Source of the DNA: Schizochytrium sp. TIO01
Lineage: Eukaryota; Protista; Bigyra: Labyrinthulomycetes
DNA: 64,000 bases
Assembly (NCBI GenBank): GCA_004764695.1
Contig: SMSO01000033.1
Coordinates: 806,001 to 870,000 of the forward strand
Direction of reading: 5' to 3'
This document shows, piece after piece, positions 1 to 11,687 of the stretch. Position 1 is the stretch's first letter, and each line of letters starts with the position of its first letter. The notes below the pieces were generated by a model. That model did not search any database. It was given only the letters and a program-made list of their open reading frames with translations, and was not told the origin of the DNA. The position numbers and the translations under genes are program-made.

Positions 1-2
1 AG

Positions 3-614
3 CTCCCTGTAAAGCCCTCAACAGCACCCTCATCAGGTGCAATGCGACGGAGTACGCCATCGCCGAGCCCTCCCACTCCATCGATAAATTCAGCTCAAGA
101 CTCTGAGCTGGCCCCAAGCTACCCGCTGACAAATTCTGCACCTGGAATATTTTCTGGAGCATCTCCACAAACTTTGCTCGTGAACCAATCTGGACAAGAG
201 ATTGTAAACAGCCCATTATCAAGCGCTTTGACAGTGTCTACCGGTCATGAACTGTCCTCAGTTGAAGAAGAGGAGCAAGTGTCTTCTACGCCTCCTGCAT
301 TGTTTTCTAGTACCGTATCGCCCATACAGAGTGGTGCGCTCCAAGATATCGATTTAAGCGAGGTTCCCTCTGTGGACCAGGTTGCAGTAGACAGCTTGAC
401 CCCACCAGATATTGCTGATCACTTCCTTTATGCAGAGGATCTAAACAATAGTAGGCCAGTAACAGCTTCACACAGTATGGATACACCCGTGCACGTATCA
501 GAGCTGGAAAGTACTCCGAATGCATCTAGCAGCAACCTCCACAAAGAGGAACCTGATCGGGGTGATCAGAAGCCTCCTACACCAACTCTCGAAGATGCAA
601 TGGCTTGGGTTTAA
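3..614 (+). CDS. 3' end of a gene running in from before the window; Ser/Pro/acidic low-complexity C-terminal tail, function unknown
   Basis: Frame is open from position 3 to TAA at 612-614 and is followed by an AT-rich spacer; no recognisable domain. Confidence 0.6.
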   Translation, partial: LPVKPSTAPSSGAMRRSTPSPSPPTPSINSAQDSELAPSYPLTNSAPGIFSGASPQTLLVNQSGQEIVNSPLSSALTVSTGHELSSVEEEEQVSSTPPALFSSTVSPIQSGALQDIDLSEVPSVDQVAVDSLTPPDIADHFLYAEDLNNSRPVTASHSMDTPVHVSELESTPNASSSNLHKEEPDRGDQKPPTPTLEDAMAWV

Positions 615-867
615 ATAATGTTGATTGTGTTTAGTATTTTCTATTCAAACTAACCTTTGTGTGTCTTGACCAACATTAATATTAGTCGCAGATGTATTTC
701 AAATTCTTGATGTTCTCCAATGACTATTAACAAATAAATCTGAGGAATAAACTGACTATTCACATGAATAATATTTCTCTAGGAAACAATCATGTATAGA
801 AACAGAATATGAGATACTCGGAACAAGAACGAAGTCGAGATTTTTCATATTAGTAAATTATGTTTGT

Positions 868-3222
868 TTAAACGCGCTTTTGCGCAGCAGCGGGGCGATG
901 CTGTCTTCGACGTTCTCGCTCACGCTGCGCCTTGGTAGCTTTAAAAAAGGCGACACTATCAGGCTCCTCTGCTTGTACGCGCTCAATTTCAAGCTTATCA
1001 AACTGCTCGCCGTCATCCAAAATATCTTCATCATCAAAAGCAAGCTTTTCCTCGCGCTGACGTTGCGCCTCAAGAAACCAGGATTGAAAACTTTTAAGAA
1101 GGTCCACCTTGATCACATCGCGGTCTTCAGCCAACCCTTCCTTTGTACGGCGCAGCTCATCATATTCATCACGCACAGCTCGGAATTGCTTCTTAAGCTC
1201 CTTTGCTTTCTTCATAAGGATGAATTCCTCTTCATCAATAATGCGCTCTTCATCTGCAGCTAGCTTACCTTCAGCCACCTTTTGCTCCTCACGAATGGTG
1301 TCGATTCTCGCTTGAGTTTGATCCTGCTCCTCTTGAAGAGAGCGCAACAATTGACGTTTTTCTTGCATCTGGGCCATGCATGCCTTTGACTCACGCTGGT
1401 TCTGTTGCAATTTTCCTTGTTTCTCTGTTGCCACGAGATTAGTATACATCTTGAACGCAGCCTCACGGTTTGCAGGTACTTGTGATGGGTCAATTTCGCG
1501 ACGAACAAGATTTTGGTGTTTTGCATCATGCGAAGGCTCCTCAGTGTCCTCCTCATTGGCTCCATTATCTTCCGTATGATGTTTAGATGCACCATCATCA
1601 GATCGTTGATTGAGGACAGCGGCTGTGTCGCCGAGTTTAGATTCTTCATCATGCCCATTTGTATGTTTTGGGCTGCTAGCCCCCCCTGGCAAATCCATAT
1701 CCTTTGGACGAGCCTCTGCAGGGGCTCTACCGAGCGAAAAACCGTGATCACCCTCTTCCTCTCCTACAAAACCATCTTGGTCCTCTCCACTACGTCCAGA
1801 TTGAGACAGGTGAGCGGCACTTGCAGCTTGCGAAAGTTGCCCTTCACGAGACTGAAACTGGAATTGTTGCCGCAGCTTTTCTTCAACCCGTGCTTCTGAG
1901 CTCTGAATTAGTAATTTGAACTGACGGAAGCACTCCTGCACGTGGCGGACACTCTGGATCTCTATTGTATTCTCTTCTTCCTGTTCAGGTGATGCATCCA
2001 CAAATCTACGAACCTGCTGAGCAATAGAACGGCACTCTTCTGGAGTATACTCTTCATAAGACACACCAGATCGCTTGGCAAGGGCGTCATGCATCATCAA
2101 CTCTTGTTTGAGCTCTCTAATCTGTCTTTCGTAGCGACGTAACAGCATCCCGTCATCACTCTGTACGTTTGCTGTAGCTTGATTCTCAACTCTCATCATT
2201 CGTTGAGCCAGTTTGAGCGTAGATGTGGACTCCTCAAGGTGCTTAGCTTCACCCCAAATGCATGCAATAAGGGAGGTATTGCAATTGCCTCCAAGAGAAT
2301 CTTTCAGTACGTTTGTAAGTTTCGTCTGGCGGTAAGGAATGTGCGAGCGGCTTCCTGAGGTAAGGGCTACTACAACTTGCTCGAGGTAGGTGAGAGACTT
2401 ATTGATGTAGCGAGATTCCTTGCGAAGCTGTTCATCCATTTTCTCTCCAATCGCCTTTTTAAGACGCTCTGAACCAGCTAAATCAACAAGGTTGAGCTTG
2501 CTCACAATAACTTCTTCAGCGCGGAGTCGGGACTTTTGTTCCACGTGCAGCGTAAATATAGAGTGAGAACGGTTAGACTGCTTATTAAGCTGATGCTCGG
2601 CAACAATTCGATTTTCCTCGCCACGGAAAAGAGCGCGCAAAGCTTCTTCTTCATTGGCTACTTCCTCAACGGTGAGTCCGCGAACTTGCATCGTGTGCGT
2701 ACGTGCATCTTCGGTTATTTGGAAATCCTTCTCCGCGGTTGCACCAGCATCATCCAGAAGGTCAAAGATTTTTTCGTTATAAATCTCCATGAACGACACC
2801 GAAACTGTAAAATCCTGCTGCGGATGGTTCTCAATCTCTGCAAAGAGGTGAGTCACAGCCCGAGGGATGATACCACGCTGGGCAAAATTTTGCGTATCAC
2901 CAGTCATTGTAAATGTTTTGCCGGCTCCGGTTTGTCCATATGCCATGACCGTACCATTGACTCCTTCGATCACACCATCAACAATATGGTCAGCAGCTTC
3001 GGCGTAAACAGATTCTTGAGCACTATTGTGGAGGACTTTGTCAAATTGGAATCTCCACGTATCACGGCGGTTGTCCATAGCAGAGCGGTCCGCATTATGA
3101 TCTATCTCGCGACGCTTGATGCAGACCGTGTTTTTATCAGCATCGACCTGAATCTGGTCTTGGGAGAAGTTTGCCGTAGGTCTTGTCCGTACGAGCACTT
3201 TGATACACTCTTTCCGAGCCAT
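868..3222 (-). CDS. KIF9: Kinesin-9 family motor (KIF9/KLP1-like)
   Basis: N-terminal motor with P-loop AYGQTGAGKT, switch II LVDLAGSER, HIPYRQTKLT; kinesin-9-type neck LKQELMMHD...SY and C-terminal coiled coil. Confidence 0.9.
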   Translation of the reverse strand: MARKECIKVLVRTRPTANFSQDQIQVDADKNTVCIKRREIDHNADRSAMDNRRDTWRFQFDKVLHNSAQESVYAEAADHIVDGVIEGVNGTVMAYGQTGAGKTFTMTGDTQNFAQRGIIPRAVTHLFAEIENHPQQDFTVSVSFMEIYNEKIFDLLDDAGATAEKDFQITEDARTHTMQVRGLTVEEVANEEEALRALFRGEENRIVAEHQLNKQSNRSHSIFTLHVEQKSRLRAEEVIVSKLNLVDLAGSERLKKAIGEKMDEQLRKESRYINKSLTYLEQVVVALTSGSRSHIPYRQTKLTNVLKDSLGGNCNTSLIACIWGEAKHLEESTSTLKLAQRMMRVENQATANVQSDDGMLLRRYERQIRELKQELMMHDALAKRSGVSYEEYTPEECRSIAQQVRRFVDASPEQEEENTIEIQSVRHVQECFRQFKLLIQSSEARVEEKLRQQFQFQSREGQLSQAASAAHLSQSGRSGEDQDGFVGEEEGDHGFSLGRAPAEARPKDMDLPGGASSPKHTNGHDEESKLGDTAAVLNQRSDDGASKHHTEDNGANEEDTEEPSHDAKHQNLVRREIDPSQVPANREAAFKMYTNLVATEKQGKLQQNQRESKACMAQMQEKRQLLRSLQEEQDQTQARIDTIREEQKVAEGKLAADEERIIDEEEFILMKKAKELKKQFRAVRDEYDELRRTKEGLAEDRDVIKVDLLKSFQSWFLEAQRQREEKLAFDDEDILDDGEQFDKLEIERVQAEEPDSVAFFKATKAQRERERRRQHRPAAAQKRV

Positions 3223-4064
3223 CTTGAAAGATTAGAACGATTATTTCGCAAGCACAGAGTCGCAGCCACCAGTGAGAGTCCTCCACGTTGGGGGGCTTTA
3301 ATTTTGCTCTCTCCCAACTCCTATCTGTTGAAGGACCCCGCTTCTACAAAGCTTTGTAGTCGCGTCTAGTTTTGTTGCTCCTCCAATACTCAGTACGGAG
3401 AATGAAGAACCTGAGTATTGTAAATGTTTCAATACTTCGCTTGTATGAGACCGTGATAACGTTCATTAAAAGTTAGTGGTGCTGATATTTGTCTATTTCT
3501 TCAATCATACCTGTATAGGTAATTAAGAGTTCCGTGCACTTGCCTATCTTAATATTAGTTCATCAAAATATAATATATGCCAATGCTCCTTATGCTTTAT
3601 TAAGATGATTACTTCAAGTAATGCCAGTTTATATTGTAAGTCCAACGGCTCAAAGTGCACACCTATGAAGTTCTATGAAACTAGGTCATGATTGACTTGA
3701 ATAATTTATTTTCTGATATCTGAAGACTGTAAGAGGGGGAACAGGCAGCTTGAAGAGAAGATATACTTTATTAGACTGTGTTAGGCTAGCAAGTGCTCCC
3801 AAAATCCAGCGAATGTATCTTTTCCAATAGCCCTACAGTTCTAAACATTTGGCTAATTGATCTATGTTTATCACCTTCTTGAAGTAATAGTATTAACCAG
3901 ACCGAAGCAAAAGTTGATACGCAAGATCTCTCTATGAGAAATCCAAGCGTGACTCAGAAGGATTAAAACGAGCCTGATACAATTACTATGACGACTAACA
4001 TACCATAGCTTTTCTGGAAATTATGATACTTGTATTATGACTTCTTCTCTGAGTCGGCATCCTC

Positions 4065-7000
4065 TCAACTATCTGCATCCCGGATGTTGTAGTTACGAAT
4101 TCTATGCTGCCCTATCTGAAGCTGCCCAGGTTTTGAAGTAGTTTGAGTGAAAGTTCGCGATAGGGATGACTTTGTCGCAGGCGGAGCTGCGGGAGGAGCT
4201 TGCGAAGAAGCTGCCGGGGAAGAACGTGACAACAGTGGTGGCTGGGTTCTTTCAATTGCTGAGGATGGTCGACCAGCTTGTTGTAAGCGCTGTCTAGCTT
4301 CTTCTAAGCGTTCTCTTGCAGATGGACGATATGACTCAAATGATTGGCCCATTAAGGACATAGCATCTCGCTGACGAAAAGAATCATCACGTTGATGATC
4401 GACATAAGAAGATACAGGAGGAGCGGTACCAACAATCTCAAGGGAAGTACTGTCCTCCTGAGAGATGGAAACATGCGTGTCAGATTTGTCGTTAAGATCC
4501 GTGTGAGAATTTTGGACTTCACGCAGAGACTTTTTCAAAAGACGATTCTGTTCTACTAGTTGCTCTAATGCTAGCTCGACACTGCGGATTTTGCTCTGAA
4601 ATGTCGCAGCAACCTGTTTTTCTACTTGCTCAAGTTGTTCATTTGTCACACTGTTGCCTGATGCGTGCTTGAGTTCGGCCCTCAGCTTGTTTGACAAGTC
4701 TGCAAGCCGGTCTCGTTCTTCAGTTACATGCTTCAACTCCGCCCGCAAATGGATGACCTGCTGCTTGAGACGGTCATTCTCTTTTTCAAGAACTGAGTCC
4801 CCAGAAGAGACACCGTTTGGAGTCCCGGTTTTGGTATGGCGACGCTCTGGAGACTGGGATTGACTCTTAAACGGACCACTTTGGCCACGTTGACTTCGCA
4901 AAAACTCTAGTTGCTCTGATTGCGTGCGCATGATATTGCGCAGAATTTTAATTTCCGCTGAGACTGCATCATTGCTGTCCTTCGCGGATAAGGAAGTGAA
5001 GGGGCCTGCATCAACGACAGACTGAAGGTGCTTCACATAAACCAAGAGCTCTTTACACTGTTCATGCAAAAGCTTATTCTCGGCTGTGGAATTCTCGTTA
5101 TCATTTGCATCATTTGCAGGTCGAGATATGATTGCTTTATTTTCTGCATACATAGACGGGGGCATTCGATGAGACGCAGGAGTTGAAGGTTGCAGCTGCA
5201 ACGACATATTTTCCATTTCAGAACGCATAGATCGAAGTGCCGAAGCGAGAGCATCCTTTTCCCTGCGCAACGTCATATTTGCTTCTTGAAGTCTCACAAT
5301 CTCAGAGTTTCCTGTACCGCCAAGACCTTTCGCCGAGGGGTCGGTCATGACGGATCCAAGAGGCGAGTCAATTGGGGAAGGAGGTCCGAGGTCCCCATCG
5401 AATAAAGATGTAGTAGGTGCTGGTGGGGGTGCAACCGCTCCAGATGAGACGTATTCTCTCTTAGCCCACAAAGATCGTAGCTCACTTTGAACGCCATCAA
5501 CCTTTGCGCGCAACTCTGTGACTGTAGATTCAAGTGCGGCGATTTTAGTTGCCTGCCTGTGGTTCTCCTGTAAAAGTTTGTCACGTTGATTTTGCAGAGA
5601 AGTGACAATTTCCCCTTGAGAAAACTTCGTTTGAGCATCTCTTTGATCTGATTCGTGTTTAAAGGTAACCTCGCGCTCGGCAAGAACCCGTTCGGCTTCT
5701 GCAGTCGCGTCTCGAGCCATCTCAGCCTCGCGCTGAGCAGCAACAGCACGCTCGTGATGTTTTGCCATGTCTTGCTTAGCAGCTTCGAGAAGATTTTTGA
5801 TGGACTGAACTTCGCGGTCCCGCTCTGATAGATCTGCACGAAGTTTTGACACATCAGTTTCAAGTTGCGAATCGCCGCTTTCTAGTTTGCGTTTTAAGGT
5901 ATCTAGTTCACGCTGCTTTACATTAAGTTGATCCTCGTAATCCCATTTAGCTTTAATAAAGTCAGCTCTCGACGCTTCAAGTTGGTCTTCTGCAGCGCGG
6001 AGTTTGTTTGCGAGAGCCTGCAAGCGCTCCTCGAGTCCTGTAGTTTGTGATTTGAGAGCGTCATTTCGCTTTTGGGTTTCTTGTTGCAATTGAGACTCAT
6101 AATGGTTTTTTTGTTGCACAAATGCTTGCTCTACAGAGTGCAGTGAGCTGAGCAGATCAGTCATTTTACTTTCGTGATCATCAAGAATCTGTTGCTTTAG
6201 ATCCTTGAGAGACTTGTTTTCTTCTTCTAGCTCTTCAATACGTGCGTCTTTGAGGCGCTGCAAGTCTTGCACTTCCCAAGTGAGTTGCTTGCAGCGCTTT
6301 TCGCTTGCAGCTATTTGCGTATCCAACTCCTTAGTCCGGCTCTCCGCGCCCTTCCTGGCAGATTTTTCACGCTCCAACGAAGCGATTTGGTCCTGAAGGC
6401 GGCTTTCGAGATCTTTAATAGTTTTCTCTAAGTGTTCGATACGGTGCTCATAGTCAGCATATTTCTGCCTCGACAGTTCATCGTATGTGTCTGCCATTTC
6501 ACGTCGTTGTACTTCAAGCTCGTCATCTTTATCACGTAAGCGACTTTCCAGCTGCAGCCGAGCCTCCTCAAGTGCGAGTCTTTCTTTGCGGTGTTTTGCT
6601 TCAAGAGCAGCTCGTGCGCCCTCCATATTAGCCCTTAGATCGCCAAGTTTGCGTTCGTGAATTTGATGTGTCTCTTCCGCCTTCTTTGCAGCTGTCTGCA
6701 ACTGGGCTTCCAGGTCATCAATGTGCATGCGTAAATCGCCAATCTCTGCCTCCTTATCGTGCATGATATTCTTAACCTTGGCAAATGCTGTATCGTATTT
6801 GTTGAGTTCTGCATCGCGATCAGCAATGAGCTTCAAGTTATAGTTGAAGTCTTCGCTCAGCTTTGCAAATTTACCTCGAAGGCTCTGAATTTGGTCATCT
6901 TTCGAGCGTAAAGCTTGTTCCAAACCACGCATACGGTACTCGTTCATCTCTTGGAGCTCACGCTCTTTTTCCTGGATAAGAATTTGGAGATCCCGGTTTG

Positions 7001-7379
7001 CTGTGAACTCTGTCATTCTTGTCGACCCCAAATCATTTCCGGCCTTGGTGAAATTAGGGATTGCATCTATTTCGTCTCGCATCATTGTCGTCGCAGTGTT
7101 TGTGGCAGCTTCTGTCAGCCTCGGGCCCACTCTGAAGGTCTCTTCAGGATGAGGTTGTCTTGCTGAGAACACTGAAGGTGACGAGGATAATTTGGAGCCT
7201 GTTTCGCGAGGCCCTTCAGCTCCGTGGTGAAGGTTGTTTCTGTGAATCGCCTGTTGCGGTTGGCGCGATACTTGGCAATGAAGAGGACCTGACTCAAAAG
7301 AGAGCCCGCCTAGAACAGAATCCTCTTCTCCCTCTCCTTCCCCTTCTTCTCCCCCTCCACCTCCTCTTCCTCGCTCCAT
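4065..7379 (-). CDS. CCDC57: Coiled-coil centriolar protein, CCDC57-like
   Basis: KFAKLSEDFNYNLKLIADRDAELNKYD matches the CCDC57 N-terminal signature (L.EDF.YNL..L.ERD.EL.RYD) and the C-terminal RIRNYN matches the CCDC57 tail; first ATG at 7379. Confidence 0.75.
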   Translation of the reverse strand: MERGRGGGGGEEGEGEGEEDSVLGGLSFESGPLHCQVSRQPQQAIHRNNLHHGAEGPRETGSKLSSSPSVFSARQPHPEETFRVGPRLTEAATNTATTMMRDEIDAIPNFTKAGNDLGSTRMTEFTANRDLQILIQEKERELQEMNEYRMRGLEQALRSKDDQIQSLRGKFAKLSEDFNYNLKLIADRDAELNKYDTAFAKVKNIMHDKEAEIGDLRMHIDDLEAQLQTAAKKAEETHQIHERKLGDLRANMEGARAALEAKHRKERLALEEARLQLESRLRDKDDELEVQRREMADTYDELSRQKYADYEHRIEHLEKTIKDLESRLQDQIASLEREKSARKGAESRTKELDTQIAASEKRCKQLTWEVQDLQRLKDARIEELEEENKSLKDLKQQILDDHESKMTDLLSSLHSVEQAFVQQKNHYESQLQQETQKRNDALKSQTTGLEERLQALANKLRAAEDQLEASRADFIKAKWDYEDQLNVKQRELDTLKRKLESGDSQLETDVSKLRADLSERDREVQSIKNLLEAAKQDMAKHHERAVAAQREAEMARDATAEAERVLAEREVTFKHESDQRDAQTKFSQGEIVTSLQNQRDKLLQENHRQATKIAALESTVTELRAKVDGVQSELRSLWAKREYVSSGAVAPPPAPTTSLFDGDLGPPSPIDSPLGSVMTDPSAKGLGGTGNSEIVRLQEANMTLRREKDALASALRSMRSEMENMSLQLQPSTPASHRMPPSMYAENKAIISRPANDANDNENSTAENKLLHEQCKELLVYVKHLQSVVDAGPFTSLSAKDSNDAVSAEIKILRNIMRTQSEQLEFLRSQRGQSGPFKSQSQSPERRHTKTGTPNGVSSGDSVLEKENDRLKQQVIHLRAELKHVTEERDRLADLSNKLRAELKHASGNSVTNEQLEQVEKQVAATFQSKIRSVELALEQLVEQNRLLKKSLREVQNSHTDLNDKSDTHVSISQEDSTSLEIVGTAPPVSSYVDHQRDDSFRQRDAMSLMGQSFESYRPSARERLEEARQRLQQAGRPSSAIERTQPPLLSRSSPAASSQAPPAAPPATKSSLSRTFTQTTSKPGQLQIGQHRIRNYNIRDADS

Positions 7380-8453
7380 CACGCAGTGCTAATCGTAGTT
7401 CACGATTTTGCCATCACCTTTGGAGTCGTCAATGTTCTCGCTCTCCAAAACTATTTGTTTTATTGAAGTAATAGATAGTAATCACTATGTACCTATTATG
7501 CAGGTACAGTCATCGCGAGGGATAAAGTTTTTACTTTAATTTTAATTAAAAGAAAGTTAACATTTATAAAAACAATTTGAAGTGAAAAAACACTATACAT
7601 TCAACTTACTACAAACTATAAGAAAGCTTTGGAGTTTGAAGAAGGGAGGGCCATAGGAATTACTAATGGTTTATTATGGGAGACTCACCATTTAGATAGA
7701 TAGGCGGCTTTTTCTAAAAGTTTTTTTTAATTCGTAGGAATGTCATGAAGGGAAAAATGAATGACAGTGCAGACGAACAGGAACCGAGACTGTGATGGCG
7801 AAAGAGTAAAACAGTCGCAGAGGGACCTAACGTGTAGGTGATCTCACTAGCCCAAGCCACTGTATATTTTTGAGTTTTTAAATCAGTATGAGAGAGGCAC
7901 AAGTACAGTTCATGTCGAGGAAAGATGCATTTGGGGTCCAGGTATAATGCATTTTTATTCCTAGAAAATTGAAGGAGCTTAATGCCGTTAGGGAGGAGGA
8001 ATTTACAGGCGAAAATACTTGCTGCAAGGTAAATAGAAGGTACATAAGCCTACGCGGAGTAGATAATTTGTTTACCTGCGTAGTGATAGAAAATTGACTG
8101 CCTCTGGCGAGGTAACAGATCTTTTACTAGCACTAGCAGATTAAGTTTTACTATCAATACGACTAGTGCAGGAGGTGCTGTAACCATGGTTTCGGGTGCT
8201 TGGGTCAGGGGTCAGTGAAAATTTAATTAGTTTGACGCGACTCGATGAAGATGAGCCTCGTACAACAAATATTAAGAAAACGAAGGTGTTGAAGATATAA
8301 TGTGTGACACTATTCCTTTGGAGAGAAATACAAGTTCTCGCGCCCAATGAGTATCCCTAGGGCATAAAATTAGTGCGGCCAGATATAGTAAGAAGCGCTA
8401 TTGTATCAAACCCACTTGCTTAAGACTGTAAGCATATGCGCAATAAAATTAAT

Positions 8454-9269
8454 CTACTGAAAGAGAGAAATATCTGGAGCTCCACCATCGAGATACTGCC
8501 AGCAAGCAGGCGGGCGCCACGCCTTTGGAGGTATTTGGAAAAGATTTGTCACTGCTTGTAGCGCCCCGCCCATCATACAAGCCTCAGGTACATTGAATCC
8601 TTCTTTGCAAAAGATGATCAAACCTCTCATAGGTACTTCGGCATCCTGACAAGCCTGAAACAAGGGAGATAAAAGGCCAGCCTTGTACACGGGAAGTCTG
8701 ACCATTCCAGGCTGCATCTGGAGCTGCGGCATTCCAATCCGCTGCAAAACCTCCGTGTCCTCTTCTGCCACTGCCCCAGTGGCCACGAATCGAAACTGGT
8801 GCAACATAACCTCCTGCTCGAAGTTGGCGCTCGAGTCTGAACCTGCAAGCACCAGGAGCCCGCTGAAACCACAGTCTTTCGAAAATCGCACGATCTCGTG
8901 CGCAAAATTCAATGCAGCACCTTCAACGATCGGGGCTCTGATCTGCAAGAACGTAATCTTGGCAGATTCCAAGCGGTAAACCTCAAGATTACTGCACAGC
9001 TTTCCACTTTTTGCGTCCTTGGCTACGTCCAGAGGGTCGGTACCTGCCATGGGCAAGACATTCGCAGATCTCAAGACGCCAATTTTCTCCACCGCATCTC
9101 CTGCAGCAGTTTCGACCTTCTCCGTGGATTCCAGCTTTGCCCATGTTTCATGGTTCGCTGTGTTCATGATGAGGTCGATAGCCATCTGGCCCACGTTACC
9201 TAGTGAGACAGCTGGGAGCACCAAAAGGTCGCCCCGCACGCGGTTGCATACCTCTCCGGGAAGCTCCAT
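8454..9269 (-). CDS. PSMG2: Proteasome assembly chaperone 2 (PAC2 family)
   Basis: LVLPAVSLGNVGQMAIDLI, FCKEGFNVPEA (cf. EGDN.PDA), W.PP..W; ATG at 9269. Confidence 0.88.
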   Translation of the reverse strand: MELPGEVCNRVRGDLLVLPAVSLGNVGQMAIDLIMNTANHETWAKLESTEKVETAAGDAVEKIGVLRSANVLPMAGTDPLDVAKDAKSGKLCSNLEVYRLESAKITFLQIRAPIVEGAALNFAHEIVRFSKDCGFSGLLVLAGSDSSANFEQEVMLHQFRFVATGAVAEEDTEVLQRIGMPQLQMQPGMVRLPVYKAGLLSPLFQACQDAEVPMRGLIIFCKEGFNVPEACMMGGALQAVTNLFQIPPKAWRPPACWQYLDGGAPDISLFQ

Positions 9270-11075
9270 TGTGAAGTCGGGTTTCAATACCCTGTGTTGC
9301 CTCTCCTATTCTCCCAATCACCGTCTGTGACAGCGCTGATCGTGATTTGACGAAGAAAACGTTGCTCTGTCTATAAAGGCGTAAATTTTGATTTAAAAAA
9401 TATTTTTAAATAGATTTATACGCTTCTAATTTCTTCCCTTATGTTCGTTCTTCTTCTTCGTCCGTTTGGACTCTCTCTGAGTGAAGCGCAATCAACGAAT
9501 CTGAGATGATAAATGCTTGATGTTGCGTAAAGACGATCATAGTAGAGGGCGTTGTAATGTCAATAGTAAAGATTGTATTTCGGCAAGTCTTATTTCCAAG
9601 CTATCTTTATACGGTTGAAAATCTTGGTGTTGAAATTGCGTGCCTGTATATTTTTTTCAGCTAAAATGGCGAGCAAGGCAATGTGTCTAATATCTCAAGC
9701 GAAGATCTCTTGCGATTTCTTATGCTTTTCAAAGTGAAGTGAGGTATAAACACCCTTATCTTTATCTCCCTTGCTACTTGCATGTAAGTAATTCTGAAGA
9801 AGTGACCTCTTCTTGGATTGTATTGTGTTTGTACGCTTCAGGGAGCTTTAGAGCTAGTATACACACTACGAACATGACAATAAAGTAATCAATCAACCTC
9901 AATTGTTATTTGCCTGGAGATCTTGCAAGATGGTTCTTGTATACCATCGTATCACCTCATTCACTGCATTTTCTGAATTCTTGGCTAGGCTTTTTTGGTA
10001 CTCTCAACTTTCCATTCAACTTTCATATGGTTGACCACCTCGGTACCCTTCCCTATACACGAGTTCATAGCTACATTCACGATCGCACCAACCAACCAGA
10101 CCAATCCACCGTTTTACACATTAGATAAGCTCAATCGTGGCCTCATTTCCATTTCCTGAGCAAGAATTGATCTACATGAGTTATAAAGGTATCTTGAGAA
10201 GAAGCTGCAAGTTTTCGTGTCCAATCGTGTTCTTCCTACGCCTCTACCTGTATATAGCAGACTTCTACCTCCCTCGTTTCATTCATTATAGTGTTCTTTT
10301 TTTTTTCTAATAGACCTAGAGGTACCTCCAAATAATCATAGGTCTATATAATAGAAACTCTATCACTTTCCCGAAGAGCCTCGCTTAATGAAAGAAAAAG
10401 ATGACCCAACTTCAAGAATGTCAATCTTTAGCGCCACATCGCATGGCAACGATCTTGGAAAGCTCCAGTTAATCAAAGACAAGGCAGTCTCAACTTGTTT
10501 AGGGCCAAACCTAGCTCGGAAGGCACTAGGCAGGTGCAAGAATCATGAGGTGATTGTTGGAGAGGTTTTAATCAACTTTCCTCAACCGAGTGTTCCATCC
10601 TTAAAATGCCAAACTTGGCTCTCTATTATCACGTATATAATCTACATGCTATTGTAACCTTTTAGAGTCAACTTCGATGCCCAATAGAATAAGCATTATC
10701 AAAATGAAAGAAGAAGAAAACCCCATTCATCATTAAAGAGGAAGGAAGAGAGAAAAGCAGAGAAGAAGAGAGAGAGAGCAGCAGACCTCTATCGACCGCT
10801 CGCCGCGCGACCCGCTGCCGCTGACCTTGTGTGCAGCCCGTACGGCGACTCGTACCACCCTTCTTACTCTGTCTCACCTTCCTGAACCCGCCCAGCAGTT
10901 GTCCTGCTAGAAGAAGCGCTGATCGCCTGTGCCTTTGGTGCTGGTGGTGGTGGAGAACGCCGACGAGGCCGACATCAGCCACAGACATAGAGATTTTGAT
11001 TGAAGTTTCTGTGGAAACTAAAGACAGCTGATCATCGAACTTACCTGCTGTTGATTGTGGAATCTTCTTGACATC

Positions 11076-11687
11076 ATGGGTGACGAAGCTGATGAAGACC
11101 GTGAAATTGCGGAGATGCAGGCCAAGCTGCTCGCCATGGAGGAAGAGGCTGCCAAACTCGTTGCATATGATGGCGAAGACGGCAATAACGGTGTAAATGA
11201 CGGTGGAGACAATGGCGATGGAGGTGAAGATGACAATGGTGGAGATAACGCCGACGGTTCTGGCCAGCATGGAGCTCACAACCGTGGAGCTGATGGCAAT
11301 GGTGAAAATGATACCACTGTGCGCGAGATCTTCGTAGGAAATCTCCATGATGATGTTACACCAGATGACCTTAATAACTTCTTTAAGGATTGTGGCACAG
11401 TAAACAGGATCACTATTCTTTGTGACAAGCACACTGGCCAATCCAAGGGATTTGCCTATATGGAGTTTGAGGAACCTGAAGCAATTGACTTAGCGTTGGA
11501 GCTTAACGAAACAGAACTAATGGGTAAAGCTATCAAGGTCTCCCGCAAGCGCCAGAATGTCCCACGCCACATGTTGAGTCGTGGCCGTGGACGCGGTCGT
11601 GGTGGCTTTCGTGGTCGGGGCCGGGGTGGCTACCGCGGTGGCTTTCAACCTCGTGGACGTGGTCGAGGACGCTACCAGCCGTACTAA
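11076..11687 (+). CDS. PABPN1: Nuclear poly(A)-binding protein (single RRM, RGG tail)
   Basis: Acidic coiled N-terminus (EIAEMQAKLLAMEEEAAKL), RRM with CGTVNRITILCDK.TG.SKGFAYMEF, RG-rich tail ending YQPY; ATG at 11076. Confidence 0.92.
   Translation: MGDEADEDREIAEMQAKLLAMEEEAAKLVAYDGEDGNNGVNDGGDNGDGGEDDNGGDNADGSGQHGAHNRGADGNGENDTTVREIFVGNLHDDVTPDDLNNFFKDCGTVNRITILCDKHTGQSKGFAYMEFEEPEAIDLALELNETELMGKAIKVSRKRQNVPRHMLSRGRGRGRGGFRGRGRGGYRGGFQPRGRGRGRYQPY

Noticed and set aside
2536-3369. 277-aa plus-strand ORF
   Set aside because: Antisense to the kinesin motor domain; no independent motif
10668-11441. 257-aa hydrophobic minus-strand ORF
   Set aside because: Antisense shadow of the GAY/GGN-rich PABPN1 N-terminus
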